A stretch of DNA of 64,000 nt. Source: Heptranchias perlo. Lineage: Eukaryota. The position numbers were made by a program, and so were the translations under genes. The notes beneath the pieces were generated by a model. The model searched no databases. It was not told where the DNA came from and saw only the letters and a program-made list of their open reading frames with translations. The stretch covers positions 21,824,001-21,888,000 of the forward strand of contig NC_090355.1 of the NCBI RefSeq assembly GCF_035084215.1. Direction: 5' to 3'. Shown piece after piece: positions 1 to 13,849 of this stretch (position 1 is its first letter; each line of letters opens with the position of its first letter).

Positions 1-548
1 AGACCTAGACAACATCCAGGCTTGGGCTGATAAGTGGCAAGTAACATCCGTGCCAGACAAGGACCATCTCCAACAAGTGTCTAACCAGATCCCCTTGACA
101 CCATCCAGGACAAAGCAGCCCGCTTGATTGGCATCCCATCCACCACCCTAAACATTCACTCCCTTCACCACCGGCACACAGTGGCTGCAGTGTGTACCAT
201 CCACAGGATGCACTGCAGCAACTCTCCAAGGCTTCTTCGACAGCAGCTCCCAAACCCACGACCTCTACCATCTAGAAGGACAAGGGCAGCAGGCACATGG
301 GAACACCACCATCTGCACGTTCTCCAAGTCATACACCTTCCCGACTTGGAAATATGTCGCCGTTCCTTCATCGTTGCTGGGTCAATCCTGGAACTCCCTA
401 CCAAACAGCACTGTGGGAGAACCTTCACCACGTGGACTGCAGTAGTTCAAGAAGGCAGCTCACCACCACCTTCTCAAGGGCAATTAGGGATGGGCATAAA
501 TACTGGCCTTGCCAGCGATACCCACATCCCATGAACAAATTTTAAAAA
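1..548 (+). mobile_element. 3' fragment of the APE/RT LINE family seen at 23.1-26.4 kb, with an internal deletion
   Basis: Near-identical to 25612-25725 joined to 25980-26420; shares the GGCATAAATACTGGCCTTGCCAGCG...CCCATGAAC tail. Confidence 0.9.
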
Positions 549-1700
549 TCTCCTCAACTATATCTTCCTTCACTGAAACTCTGGCAGCATCTTGCGCCTT
601 GGTAAAGACAGATGCAAAGTACTCATTTAGTACCTCGGCCATGCCCTCTGCCTCCATGAGTAGATCTCCTTTATGGTCCCTAATCAGCCCCACCCCTCCT
701 CTTACTACCCATTTACTTGCCTGTAGAAGACATTTGGATTCCCTTTTATATTGGCTGCCAGTCTATTCTCATACTCTGTCTTTACCCCTCTTATTTATTT
801 CCTCTTTCACTACCCCTCTGAACTTCTATATTATGCCTGATTCTTACTTGTTACCAACCAGACATCTGTCATACACCCCTTTTCATCTTACTCTCTCTCG
901 TCATCTAGGGAGGTCTGGCTTTAGTTGCCCTACCTTTCTGCCTCATGGGGATGTACCTAGAGACTGTACCCAAACCATATCTTCTCTAAAAGCCACTCAT
1001 TGTTCAGTTACAGTTTTGCCTGCCAATCTTTGATTCCAATTTAACCGGGCCGCCAGATCTGTTCTCATTTCACTGAAATTCCTTCAAATGGGTATTTTTC
1101 CTCCGAGTGCTCCTTGTCCTTTTCCATTGCTATTCAAAACCTTATATGATACTATGATCACTGCTCCCTAAATGCTCCCCACCACTTGCACACACTCCAC
1201 TTGGCCCACCTCATTTCCCAGAATAAAGTCCAGCAATGCCTGCTTCCTTGTTGGGCTGGAAACACTGATTTAGAAACTTATCCTGAACACATTTCAAAAA
1301 TTCCTCCCCCTTATATTGTTATCCCAATCTATATTAGGATACTTGAAGTCCCCAGTTATCACTACTCTATAGCTTTTGCACCTCTCTAATTTCCCTGCAA
1401 AATTGCTCCTTTATATCCTTCCCACTAGTTGGTGGCCGATACACTACTGGGTGTATTGTAATGGCACCTCTATTGTTTCTTAACTCTAACCAAAGATTCT
1501 GTCCTTGACCCCGCCAAGACATCCTCTCTCTCCAGCACTGTTATATTCTCCTTAATTCAAGCTCCTCCAGCTGACAACACTTCCTGCATCTGTGGTTGTC
1601 CAGGACACAAAGTGTCCTGGAGTTCCCACATGGCACAGGCCATGCATTCGATGAGAGGGAGCTGCCCTGCCATGCCTTAATTTATTAATTTATTTTTAAG
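549..1700 (-). mobile_element. Degraded CR1 LINE ORF2 fragment
   Basis: ORF 484..693 gives the CR1-typical MAEVLNEYFASVFTKE-like segment; endonuclease-region remnants follow. Confidence 0.8.
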
Positions 1701-3450
1701 TTTTAGTAAACTAAGCCTTAAATACACTGAAAAACTCACCAGCTACCAGCCAATCAGCTCCTTCCCCTGTTTATTTATATCTTGATCTTCAGGATCCAAA
1801 AATAATTATTTCCCTCATAAAAGTAGAAAAAATGAACTCTCCATTCTTTAAGTCTCTGGGATCATTCATCATTTCACAAAGGCTGCCAATGTAGTTCAGT
1901 CATTGGGCACTAAGTTGTACACAAAACTGACCATATTTGATTTACCTTGGAATTTTTGTGTTTCCATCGGGGACTACTTGGCCTCCAACTGATGGCACAG
2001 ATGACATCAGAAACTGATCTTGGAGAATCACAAACAAATTTGCACCTTACTTCAGTGTGGAGTGCAATTGTGGATCAAAATACTGTTCTAACATATTACC
2101 CACTGGTGTTTTCACAGTTCTCCACCCACAAGAATTTTACAGCAATAAAAAAAGGTAAAAATTGGCATTCAACTGAATGGCTCTAATGAGTTTATAAATC
2201 ATAAAACAGTAAAGTTTGATTAGTTTATGATCATCAATAGAACCCTAAAATTTAATTACTGCACTAACTAAACACCAGCAATTTGTTTTAAAACATAAAA
2301 CACATCATGTACCAGCAGTTCAACCTTCTCTACATTTTATTGAAAAAAAGTTAATGGAAACAAGTGTAGAGAGAATAATTGTTACCTGAAAGCAATTACA
2401 ATACAATAATGTAATCTGAGCTCATATTATAGACTGCAAAAAAGTGACATCATCTGAAACCAGAGGTTAGATTACTGCTCCAATCACACCCTGATGCCTG
2501 CAATTTCTTTTGCAGCATATGGAGTTTCATATTCATGGAGAGGTTTCATTCAGCTTTGGGACTAGTTTGTGCCAGCTGCAGATACTGACTCCAAGGGTCA
2601 GTATGTTGCAGTTCACTGATGCTTGATGACATTCACAGTACAGGTTTATTCAAGAAAAAAACCTGCAGATTAGTAAGATTTTATATTTAAGAGATACACA
2701 AAATATTGCTGCTGATGGAGAAAATAGAACCATGGTCTGGCCTGTGGCCAGGGCTTCGAACTGTATGGCGCCAGAAGATCACTACTTCAAGTTTAGAGAG
2801 TATAAAACTCCTTGAAGGATTGCGGTCACAGTATTCTCCCCAGATAGAAGATGGGACCATCTCAAGGTACAAGAACGGTAAGCAAATGAGAAATAATGGA
2901 TTGCGTCAATAGCACAGAAATCACAGCTTTGGAGCAGTGTGGTCTTGAAACATATTGTACTATCATTTCAGACTCAGCAGATCAAGGACAGCTAGTAGAA
3001 ACAAATCCGATCAGTTTTCTGGGCAAAATGTTACTTTTTCTTCTTTTAAAAAAAAGTCTAGGATATCTTATAAAGTGTCCATCTTGCAACATTTCACAGT
3101 ACATTTGGCAGAAGAGAGCAAAAACATAAAAACATATTTCCAAATGTTCTTTAAAGCAAAGCTCAAATTGCCTCCTTTTCCCCCAGAGCAAGTCGCACTT
3201 TAGGTTTATCAATATATGCTTACTAAACACATAGGAATGAGTAAAGGCAACAATTGGCCACCCAATTATAAATTTCTTAATGAAAATAACCAACTTTTTA
3301 CCTTCTGCTAACTTAGAAACCTGCCTAATTCCAAATTGAGTATTGCAAGTGGGTCAGCATTTACTGCATTGGTAGCAGTTTCATTGTTAACACTGCTGTT
3401 GCCACTGCAGTACCAGCACCATTTGGGGGGTGGTGTTTTAAAGAGTACGG

Positions 3451-5040
3451 TACCATAGTGGTTATGCTACTGGACTAGTAATCCAGAGGCCCAACACAGG
3501 ACTACATGCATGCATGCTCTGGACTGAGCTAAGTGATCCCACAATCAACGGATCAAATCAAAGCTCTGCAGTCCTGCCATATCAGTCACGAATAGTGGTG
3601 GACAATTAAACTACTAAAAGGGAGGAGGAGGCCCTGTGAACATCCTCAATGATGGCAGAGTCCAGTATGTGAATGCAAAAGAAAGGCTGAAGCATTTGCA
3701 ACCATCTTCAGTCAGAAGTGCCAAGTGGATGAGCCATCTCTGCCTCCTCCAGGGAGATCCCCATCACAGAAGCCAGTCTTCAATCAATTCGATTCACTCC
3801 ACATGATATCAAGAGACCGCTGAGTGCACTGGATACAGCAAAGGCTATGGGCCCCGACGACATCCTAGCTGAAGTCTTGTGCTCCAGAACTAGCCGCGCC
3901 TCTAGCCAAGCTGTTCCACAGCTACAACACTGGCATCTACCCGACAATGTGGAAAATTACCCAGGTATGTCCTGTCCACAAAATGCTGGACAAATCCAGT
4001 CTGGCCAATTACTGCCCCATCAGTCTAGTCTCAATCAGCAAAATGATGGAAGGCATCAGACAGTGCTACCAAGTGGCACTTGCTCACCAATGCTCAGTTT
4101 GGGTTCTGCCAGGATCATTCAGCTCCAGACCTCATTACAGCCTTGGTCCAAACATGGACAAAAGAGCTGAATTCCAGAGTTAAGGTGTGAGTGACTACCC
4201 TTGACATCAAGGCAGCATTTGACCGATTGTGGCACCAAGGAGCCCAAGTAAAATTTTAGTCAATGTAAATCAGGGGGAAAACTCTCCAGTGGCTGGAGTC
4301 ATACCTAGCACAAAGGAAGATGGTAGTGGTTGTTGGAAGCCAATCATCTCAGCAGGACATCGCAGCAGGAGTTCCTCAGGGCAGTGGCCGAGGCCCAACC
4401 ATCTTCAGCTGCTTCCTCAATGACCTTCCCCCCCCCCATAAAAGGTCAGAAGTGGGGATGTTCACTTATTGCACCGTGTTCAGTTCCATTCACAACCCCT
4501 CAGATAATGCAGTCCATCCCCACATGCAGCAAGACCTGGACAACATCCAGGCTTGGACTGATAAGGGGCAAGTAACATTCGTGCCAGACAATGACCATCT
4601 CCAACAAGAAAGAGTCTAACCACCTCCCCGAGACATTCAATGGCATTACCATCACCGAATCTCCCACCAGCAACATCCTGGGGGTCACCATTGACCAGAA
4701 ACTTAACTGGACCAGCCATATAAACATTGTGGCTACAAGAGCAGGTCAGAGGCTAGGTATTCTGCAGCGAGTGACTCACCTCCTGACTTCCCAAAGCCTT
4801 TCCACCATCTACAAGGCACAAGTCAGGAGTGTGATGGAATACTCTCCACTTGCCTGGATGAGTGCAGCTTCAGCAACACTCAAAGCTAGACACCATCCAA
4901 GACAAAGCAGCTTGTTTGATCCCTACCCAACAGAATTATGGGAACACCTTCACCACATGGACAACAGCAGTTCACGAAAGCAGCCTACCACCACCTTTGA
5001 GGGCAACGAGGGATAGGCAATAAATGCCAGCGACAGCCAT
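3451..5040 (+). mobile_element. Internally deleted copy of the tRNA-headed LINE (short head joined to RT and 3' tail)
   Basis: Head CATAGTGGTTATGCTACTGGACTAGTAATCCAGAGGCC joins sequence matching 24527 onward; RT motifs GVPQGS and YKAQVRSVMEY. Confidence 0.9.
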
Positions 5041-5044
5041 ATTG

Positions 5045-5490
5045 TAAGGATAGAGACACTGGAGAATGTGCAAAAGGATGATGCCAGAACTGAAGTTATA
5101 CCTACCAGGAAAGATTGAGCAGACTGGGGCTCTTTTCTCTGGGGGAAAAAAAAAGTTGGATAGGGTAGATGCATAGAAGATGTTTCCACTTGTGAGGAGT
5201 CTAAAACTAGGGGCCATAAACATAAAAGATAGTCACTAATAAATTCAATAGGGAATTCAGGAGAAAACTTCTTTACCCAGAGAGTGGTTGGAATGTGGAA
5301 CACACTACCACAAGGAGTAGTGGAGGCAAATAGCAGATACTTTCAAGGGGAATGCTAGATAAACGTGAGGGAGAAAGAATAGGAGGATATATTGATGGGG
5401 TTAGATAAAGAAGGGTGGGAGGAGGCTCGTGTGGAGCATAAACCTGTTGGGCCAAATGGCCTGTTTCAGTGCTGTACATTATGTAATGCT
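5045..5490 (+). mobile_element. CR1 LINE 3' end
   Basis: Matches CR1 C-terminal coding and 3' UTR (GGGCCAAATGGCCTGTTTC). Confidence 0.8.
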
Positions 5491-5571
5491 AGGTAATTAA
5501 ATTTTAAAAATTTATAATACAATTGACAAGTGATACCTGCATATGCAAGTGAAGAAATAAATGAAACTCAC

Positions 5572-5600
5572 CACCCAGTCACAAGCTCCAAACCATTAAT
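5572..5600 (-). other. Candidate 29-nt exon of the leftward gene
   Basis: On - strand TTTGTTTCATACATAG|ATTAATGGTTTGGAGCTTGTGACTGGGTG|GTGAGT; frame 0 is open (INGLELVTG). Confidence 0.45.
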
Positions 5601-7839
5601 CTATGTATGAAACAAACCATTTGCAATTTAAAATAGATCTGATCTAGGATCAAAAGTACACCATCTGCTTACTTCATTAAAATTAAAAAATCCATTTGAA
5701 ATTCAAAACCAACTATTTGCACAGGATTTTAACTTGTTGGGTGAAGTTTTCTACTGTGTTTTTAACAACTTCACTATAAATGACGATACATTTCCTGAGG
5801 AAATCTTCCCCCAAGTTCCAGAATTCTTACAGGACTAATAAAAAGTATCTTAGCAGTGGTGAAGGCACACAGTGGTTTATTAACATTACACATGTGGAGA
5901 TGACACTGAAGAAAAAGTTAGGTGGCTTTTGAAGCCAAATATTCAAAACCATGTTCCCCCAAGACATCTACACAAGAAGTTTAGCAAAAATCATTGTCTG
6001 ATTTGTCAAAAAAGCAATTGGAAGATTACTGTGCTAATGAAAAGAACTGTTGAAACTAGTGCATCACCTAATGTATCTTTATCTTCCATGGAAAAGAAGT
6101 TGCTGCATGTAACATTGCTCAGGTTTTTTTTTAAAAACACCTTTATATGGGACAGGTTGATAGAATTGAGAATGCACTCAAAATGCTTAAAAGTATGCCT
6201 CAGAAAAGCTTCCTTGTACTGTATACATGGGAAGATTTACTCCATGCCATCCAAGCATAGGCAAATCTCACATCACAACCACACCAAAAGATTCAGATGG
6301 GTGTCCAGGAAAGAATATAACTTGTATATATGTAAACACCTGAGTCATCACTAAGAAAAATTTATCATAATCTAATGCCACAATCATACAAAAAGTTACT
6401 TCCAAGAAACTTCAAATTAATGCTGTCTATCAACTCAAGAAACACAGGTCATATCAAGCTAGAGACTTTTCATGAAGAGCTACCTTATGATCTGCAAAGT
6501 TACATGCATATTGTAATCTGTACATATGTATGCAGGTGGATGATCCACAAAGGGATAAAATAAATCTTACAAACCTGGAAGTGAGTTACAGAGCAAGGCT
6601 GTAATCAAAGAGGAAACTATGAAAATAAAGTGCAAAACAATTTGTAACCAGATCAGATAAAGAAAGTTGAAATCTCTATCTGGTACTTTTCCTTCTGATT
6701 CATTCCCTGTGTTGACTTCAAATTTCTGCATTTGACAGGCATCAGTCATGACACATCAAGGCGTTCATTATGAGCATACAAGATGTAATAATATCCTTTG
6801 TCCACATCACAAAGCTTGCATCATAGTCAGTGTATGTATAATAAATTGTGGAGTGATCCTACTTAACTTTTTAAGAAGGCTAATCTAAATTGATCTGATC
6901 AGGGATTCAATAAATCCTTGCAGCACCATGCACTGTGGCAACTGTACATTGGAGGATTAAAAAAAATTCTGCACAATTTGAACAGACGATTACATTTTTG
7001 TCGTGCTTTTATTTATTCATTAAAAAGTTGCAATGTGGCTTTAGTGCTACTCACCCATCAGAAAGCAGCTGAGTAATCAATGATGAGGCACATTTCATTC
7101 TCACTACTGGCTCTGCTGCCATACCAAATACAAAGTTAGAAACAAAATAAAGTCAACCAAAATGTAAAAGATAAAGCTGATGATTAGCCCTCTCCTTGTC
7201 AATGTTGTCCCCTTCCCTCCTGAAGGCATAGACTCCTTACTAGGATACAGTTCCTTCAATGCAGAGCACCCCCTGTACCTGGTCCAGATCTCCATTCTTC
7301 ATGTTGAAGCTTCAACAACAAATGTTAGCAGACGACAACCATGAAGAGGCATCACAAATTGGGCCCAATCCTATCAAGACATCCCAACCAACAGTCTTGC
7401 AATAATCTGGGTTGGGAATCAGCTGCAACTACTTGGAACATCCCTACTACTGGCCTCAGGCCTAACCCTCAGTCTGTATGGCTCAGCTAATTATGTTAGC
7501 TCACTGAACCAACTGGGGAAATCAGTAGCAACGACAGATTTGAAGACAGGTACTTGGGAAAAAAAATTCATAAGTGAATTTTGTGTAAAAATAAAGACCA
7601 TGTAATAGTCTTGTAATGTACCTCCAGGAGCTGCAAAGTGAAGAAATTGAAACTGGATCTGTTGAATGGCTTAACCATTAGCAATGAGCAGGGCCCTCTC
7701 CCAAATACAATGAGACACAAAAATGTGTACCCACAAAAACACAATATCCCCAAATGTTTCAACAAACAAGGCTGCCATCCTCAGCAAAATTCAACCTCAT
7801 CAATAGGAGTCTACATTTCCTTATCTTTAAAATTGAATT

Positions 7840-8180
7840 AAGAAAAGAACTTGCATTTTATCGTACTTTTCGCTACCACAAGACATCCCCAAAGTGCTTC
7901 ACGGCCAAAGTAGTACTTTGGAACTGTTGTAATGTAGGGAAGCAAATTTTGCACACAGCGAGAGCTCCCCTGCTCTTCAAAAAGTGACAAGGGACCTCCT
8001 ACATCCACTTGAGGATGGACAGAGCCTCGATTTAATGTCTCATCTGAAAGATTGCACCTCCGATAGTGCAGCAATCCCCCAGTACTGCAATGAAGTATCA
8101 GCCTGTATTGTGTGCTCAAAATGTCTAGGAGTGGGGCTTGAACCCACAACCTTCTGACTCAGCGGCAAGGCTAGCACCTA
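7840..8180 (-). mobile_element. tRNA-derived Deu-domain SINE (SacSINE1/AmnSINE1-like)
   Basis: Reverse complement matches the copies at 18.8 and 30.0 kb; B-box GGGTTCAAGCCC; L2-like tail. Confidence 0.75.
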
Positions 8181-10659
8181 AAGGGACTAATCTTAACCTA
8201 ACTAGTCTGTGATCAACTGCACGTTTTACACCCCGTACCCAATTGTAGTTAATGGAAAGTAAAATCAGGCAAGGAGTAAAACAGGTGGCCAATCCAATCA
8301 GTTTCCTGCCAAACAGGTTAAGTTAAAATATTTGCCAGAGTTATTTTTAAATCCCCATTGTATGCCCACTTATTGAAATTAATGCAATTTCTGTGCATAG
8401 CAGAAACTGAGTAGCACTGCCTTAAATAATTTTTTTAGCCAATTATCTAGGATTGTGTTAATCAACTGAATACAATCTATAAATTCTAATCAGCCATGAG
8501 CCATCTCGACTGGCTTTTGTACAGTACCATGCATATGTTGATGCAGTGCTTCAATTACCATTCCACTTTAGATAGCATGCATTATAATTGAAGAATTTGT
8601 TCGATGTTATTTTTAAGTCTTTGTACATTTAGCACTTGAATTAACAAACAGAAAAACTATATCCACACGAGGTGGGGTCTTTCAACATAGTTTCCACTGA
8701 ACAGTGAATTGGTAACTAGGGGTTCTGACTCAGGACCGTAAGAACAAAGTGGGAAGTTTACAAGAAACATTTTCATACAAAGGGTTACAAGAATATGGAA
8801 TGTTTACACATGGCTATTGAGACAATCATTTAAAAAGGAACTGGATAAATATTTGGAAAATATAAAAAAGGATCAGAATAGATAATTCCAGTTGAAGAGT
8901 TCGCACGGGCACAGGAGCCGCCTTCTGTGCTGTCATTTGTTGGCTTCTAAAATGATGCATTATAGCACAGGATATTAAATTTTCATTCAGCCTTTAGAAT
9001 GTATCATTTTTGATCAGTTTAATTTTGGGTGGATTAAACCTACGTTCCAATAACTGATAACTACAATAAATCAGTTGTTACAAATCCCATTATTCCTGAT
9101 TTCCTAAGGAATGCATAATTGTGTGCAAAAATCATCTTTGAAAGGATCCAGCAGAAAATAATGGAAACAAACTCAGGTCCTAGGCTTAATACTCCCATGT
9201 AAAAATTAAAACAAAAGCATTATTCGTCATCCAACACCCAGATACACAGGAGAAGTTATTTTTAATATTAAGAAAGTCAATATCTTGCGCTCTACACTTA
9301 TTTGCTCCCCTTCCCAGTTGAGATATGTAGAACTCAGCAGGAAAAGAACGAAACCATTCCTGAGTGCACACGCACACCTCATCTCGAAGTACATCATTTA
9401 AAAGCAAAACAAAAGCAAGTGTTGCTCTGGCTTACTGCTGACTCAGCGGGGCCTATCACCTCAAGATGAGCTGGATTGAGATGCAGTAATGAGCCTATTT
9501 CATTAATTAATGTCCCACAAAGCTACCTGTAAAACAAGGTCGGGCTGCACATTGGTGTACTGGTAACTACCATACATTCACACTGAAAACAGTGGTCTTG
9601 CAGGGTAGCAGAAGCAGTACTTAAAAAAAAAGATTGAAATTAAGTGTTAATTCAGAGTGTTAGCAATAACAATATTATGAATTCTCCCACTAACACCAAT
9701 TAAGGAATATATAGTGTTCCATTACCACTTCAGGAGATTATTTAAACAGGCACTTTATACAACCACAAATCATTTGATAAGTTTGCCCAATGCACAGCAA
9801 CTGTTCATATATACCAAGCAGCTCTCTATATAATGATTGCATCTTAGAACAAAGATCCCACTTAGATGGGGATTCTAGCTTGGCTGTGAAGCAGAAGAGC
9901 ATTATGCCATCTGCTACACTAACTAAAATTAGGACAGCACGGAGCATATCACTTCGGTTAAGATCAAAACAACCTGAACTAAACCAAATGTTATACCTGG
10001 GTTGACCCAAGTCACACTGTTGTTAATAATTGCAATTATAAAACTAGTTAATTCTATGGACATAATAGTTACTAGGCATTCTAATGACATAGTAACAGAG
10101 TCTCGCTCCTGAGCTGTTAATTAGCTAATACTTGCATCAGATGCACTTCAACATGTTAACCATCAGTATCTACAACCGAGAGGAACCACACCTGACCCAA
10201 GATCACACGATACGCAGCAGACACAAATTAAATCATTCACTGCACATCAGTCAAAGCTTCACACTAATTAAACACAGAAGGTGGTGCAGTTGAGAAAAAG
10301 AGGATGACATGTATTTACCTCTCATGAGGTCACTCACTCATTTAGTTCTTCATGACATTCATGGCAAGGATAATATTGTACAAACAGAACAACCTGATGT
10401 ACAATAATTCTAGATGTTTATTATACCATTGCCATATCACAACATTTTGTTACTCATGTTTTGATATGAAGATTACACAAGATATCAAGCAGGCTACACA
10501 AGGCACATAAGTTTTTTTTAAAAAGTAAATCAGATCCAAGTATAGAATGAGATGATAAAATAATTCACAGGACAAAGCAACTCTTCTGTGTCTGAGTGTA
10601 GTAAGGAATGGTGCAGGACTCTTGTCCATGGGGTGAATAGCCAGTGTTGAACAGTGGGA

Positions 10660-11370
10660 TAACGAGGTATTCTGGTTTTGCTTGCCAGAAATTCCACCCC
10701 TCAGTTCCACCAACCCCACCTCCCTCCCTTCCCAGCTGCCCACTCAGGCTAAATCAGAGTGCACAACCTTCATTTTCTGCTTAACCCTGAGTGGAGCTTC
10801 AAATACGACATCCATCCAAGATTGCTTTTCCACCTCGACATGCATCTCATCCTCACTGAAACCCTCATATGCTTTTGTCTCCAGACTACTTCTCAAAACA
10901 CCCTTCATGTTGGCCTCCCCAGCTCCAAGCCACACAAACTTATTCACAACTCCACCCACCCGCACTCTATCCCATACTAAATCCCGTTCACCGATCAACC
11001 CTGTCCTCGCCACCTCCGACTGACTGCCCATACTTCAGTATATTGATTTCAAAATCCTTGTTCTGATTTGCAAACCCCTCCATGCCTTATGCCATCATAT
11101 CTCTGCAACCTCCTCCAACCCAATGTCACAGCTCACAATCTCCATTCTTTTGACTCTGATGTCATATGCGCTCCCTCCCCGATTCCACTATCCACGGCAG
11201 AGGCTCCAACCATATGCATATATATTCTGGAAGTATCTTCCTAAAGCCATGCACCTTCCCATATCTCTTACCCGTCTTCAAACTTGGATCTTCAACCATA
11301 CCATCATCACCTCTAACCTTGTGTCCCATCTTTCCTATTCCCTTGTGAAGCACCATGTTGTGCTATATTG
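10660..11370 (+). mobile_element. Degraded L2-like LINE 3' region
   Basis: C-rich sequence resembling the L2 ORF2 C-terminus and tail. Confidence 0.6.
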
Positions 11371-12419
11371 AAGACAAAAGTTGTTTTGATGACAAGTGAT
11401 CCTCCTCCCCACAAGATAAAATACGGAATAAAATACCCTAAATAGATCAACGGCACAAGGTCTGTCGAAGGAGCAGGTTTCATGAGCTGATAAGAAAATA
11501 ACACAGCCTTACACGGCAAAGGGACGATAGGCCAAATGGTGGACTCCTGAGCTGTACCTACTATATAACAAATGTATTTAATAGTAGTCATAATGGTCTG
11601 TAGCAAGGATGCAATATATTTACATAGGTACAGTATTGCCATAGCAAAGCATAACTGACAAGTCTACATCCAATATATTATTCACTTGAGAGCACTGCAG
11701 TAGATTAAGAATGCAACCATGGTTGACTTAGTTATTTCCTCTGCAGAAAAAAAACCTGCTTCTGTATGTTTTAAATTATAAAAACTCAATTTGCTGAAAT
11801 CTTTCCTGTATTCTGGAATTTAAAGCAAGCATTTAATGCAAACAACTACTTCATAAAAACATGGCAAAATTTTTGGGCAAGAACAGGCTTAATAACTAAA
11901 TGTCACACCATTACAGTGCAATATATTTTATACTAATTAATTTTGGTAATGCCAGCAGTCTTTGACATGGGGGGAAGGGGGGGGGGCGGAGAAAGAGAAA
12001 GAACTTTCACATGCAAAAAATGTAACTGATTTAATAGCAAAACAAATAAGATTACAAAGAATTCCAATTTCAAAACTTGACATTTTACACTACACAAGCT
12101 AATTTTTTTTAATTTAGTATTAAAAAAAGGTAGCAAAGCTATGTTTGGCTCCAATAGAATTTTTTGATCATCACGGCCCAGCAAGACACAAGTTCACACC
12201 TTTGCATTCTCCAAGTACCCAGGTCAGTGGTGGATGATATGAGGGGTTGGGGAAAAGAAGGAATGAAAAGATGATATATTTGAACATTTAAAGAACATGA
12301 CAGCAAATCTACACCAAACGCAGAGAGAGAAGATAGGCAGTACAGTATTTTTTTTGAAGCAAGAGGAAATGTTTAACAAAAAAAAAGAAAAATTTAACGA
12401 GGAAGGGTAAATCTTTGCT

Positions 12420-12820
12420 CTCGGTCTAACACCACCTCGATTTTAAAATTCTCCTCCTTGCTTCCACATTTCCCCATGGCCTCGCCCCTCCTTACCTCTA
12501 ACTTCCTCCAGCCCGACGCAATCTCTGCGCTCCTCCAATTCTGGCCACTCGTGCATCCCCAATTTTCATCCCTCCACTGTTGGCGGCCAAGCTTTCAGTT
12601 GTCTAGGTCTGAAGCTCTGGAATTCCCTCCCTAAACCTCACTACCTCTCCCTCCTTTAAAGATGCTCCTTAAAATCTACCTCTTTAACCAAGCTTTTGGT
12701 CACTTGTTCTAATATTTCCTTTTGTGCTTCGTTGTCAAATTTTGTTTGACAACACTCCTGTTAAGTGCTTTTGGACAATTTACTAATTAAAAAAGGTGCT
12801 ATATAAATGCAAGTTGTTGC
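12420..12820 (+). mobile_element. L2-like LINE 3' end
   Basis: CTCTGGAATTCCCTCCCTAAACCTC motif and tail AGGTGCTATATAAATGCAAGTTGTTG. Confidence 0.75.
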
Positions 12821-13849
12821 ACATTAAAGAAGAAATAACCATAATTACAATAAAAAGTTGGAATAGATTCTCCTAAACCAATCCTGTCCCTATAAAGACA
12901 AAATTTTATTAAAACTCCCACCTCTCCAACATTACTTCCTGCAAAAAAAAACTTGGCTACAAACACTGCCAGATGAATACTTCCAGTTAACTGCCACTGC
13001 TCTTGTAAGCAAATACAAAGCTGTAACTGGTGATTTCTCCCTATATGCCTTAAATTTAATGTTGCATATAATTATACAACATAGAAAAATAAAAACTTGT
13101 CATAACATTCAGATAAAAGTTCCATACTTCATGGTCTACATGCTTTTCAGATATTTGATCCCACATTCTTCCAGGCCTCTCTTCTTCCCGTGTTTATTCA
13201 AAAACAAACATTTTTAACCATATATGAAGCCGTAATGAAACAGGAAGAGCTTTCCACTGAGAAAAATAAATCAACTGTTTGTTATTTTTACACTTAAAAC
13301 CAAAGAACAGCAGCTGTTTCAGGTAAAATATAAGCAAGTTAATGTAAGCATTACCTGAAAAAAAATTTGGATGTTCGAATTTTCAGTTACTATGGGGAAC
13401 AAGGCAGACAAAAAAAACCTGATTTTTTTTAAGCGTTTTTAAAATTGAGTCATCTCACAATCCTTCAACTCTTCAGATATAGGACTGAATCCCAGTGAAT
13501 AAATTTGCATGTCACCCAATTCACTGGATTAAATTTAAACACGTTTAAATAACTTGGTGTATCACCCAACGACAAAGAGTTCAGAAATTTTAAGTTATTT
13601 TGTTTAGCATCTGCTCTTGTTGATTTAGCAGTGATTTCAATTCGACTACTTGTTTAAAAAACTGTACGATAGCTAAAATTAATCTTTTGTGTTCTTTCGG
13701 CCTAACATCTTAATAAAATGCCAACGGTGATTTTCCTGGAAAAAATCTTCGATGGGAAAACAGCAAATTGGATTTTAAAATGAAAACTGATGAATAATTT
13801 TAAGAAATGATTTCTGAATTAGATTTTTCCATTGAGTAAATTGCATTTT

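Noticed and set aside
2386-2662. Possible - strand exon bounded by AG and GTAAC
   Set aside because: Weak pyrimidine tract and no recognisable peptide
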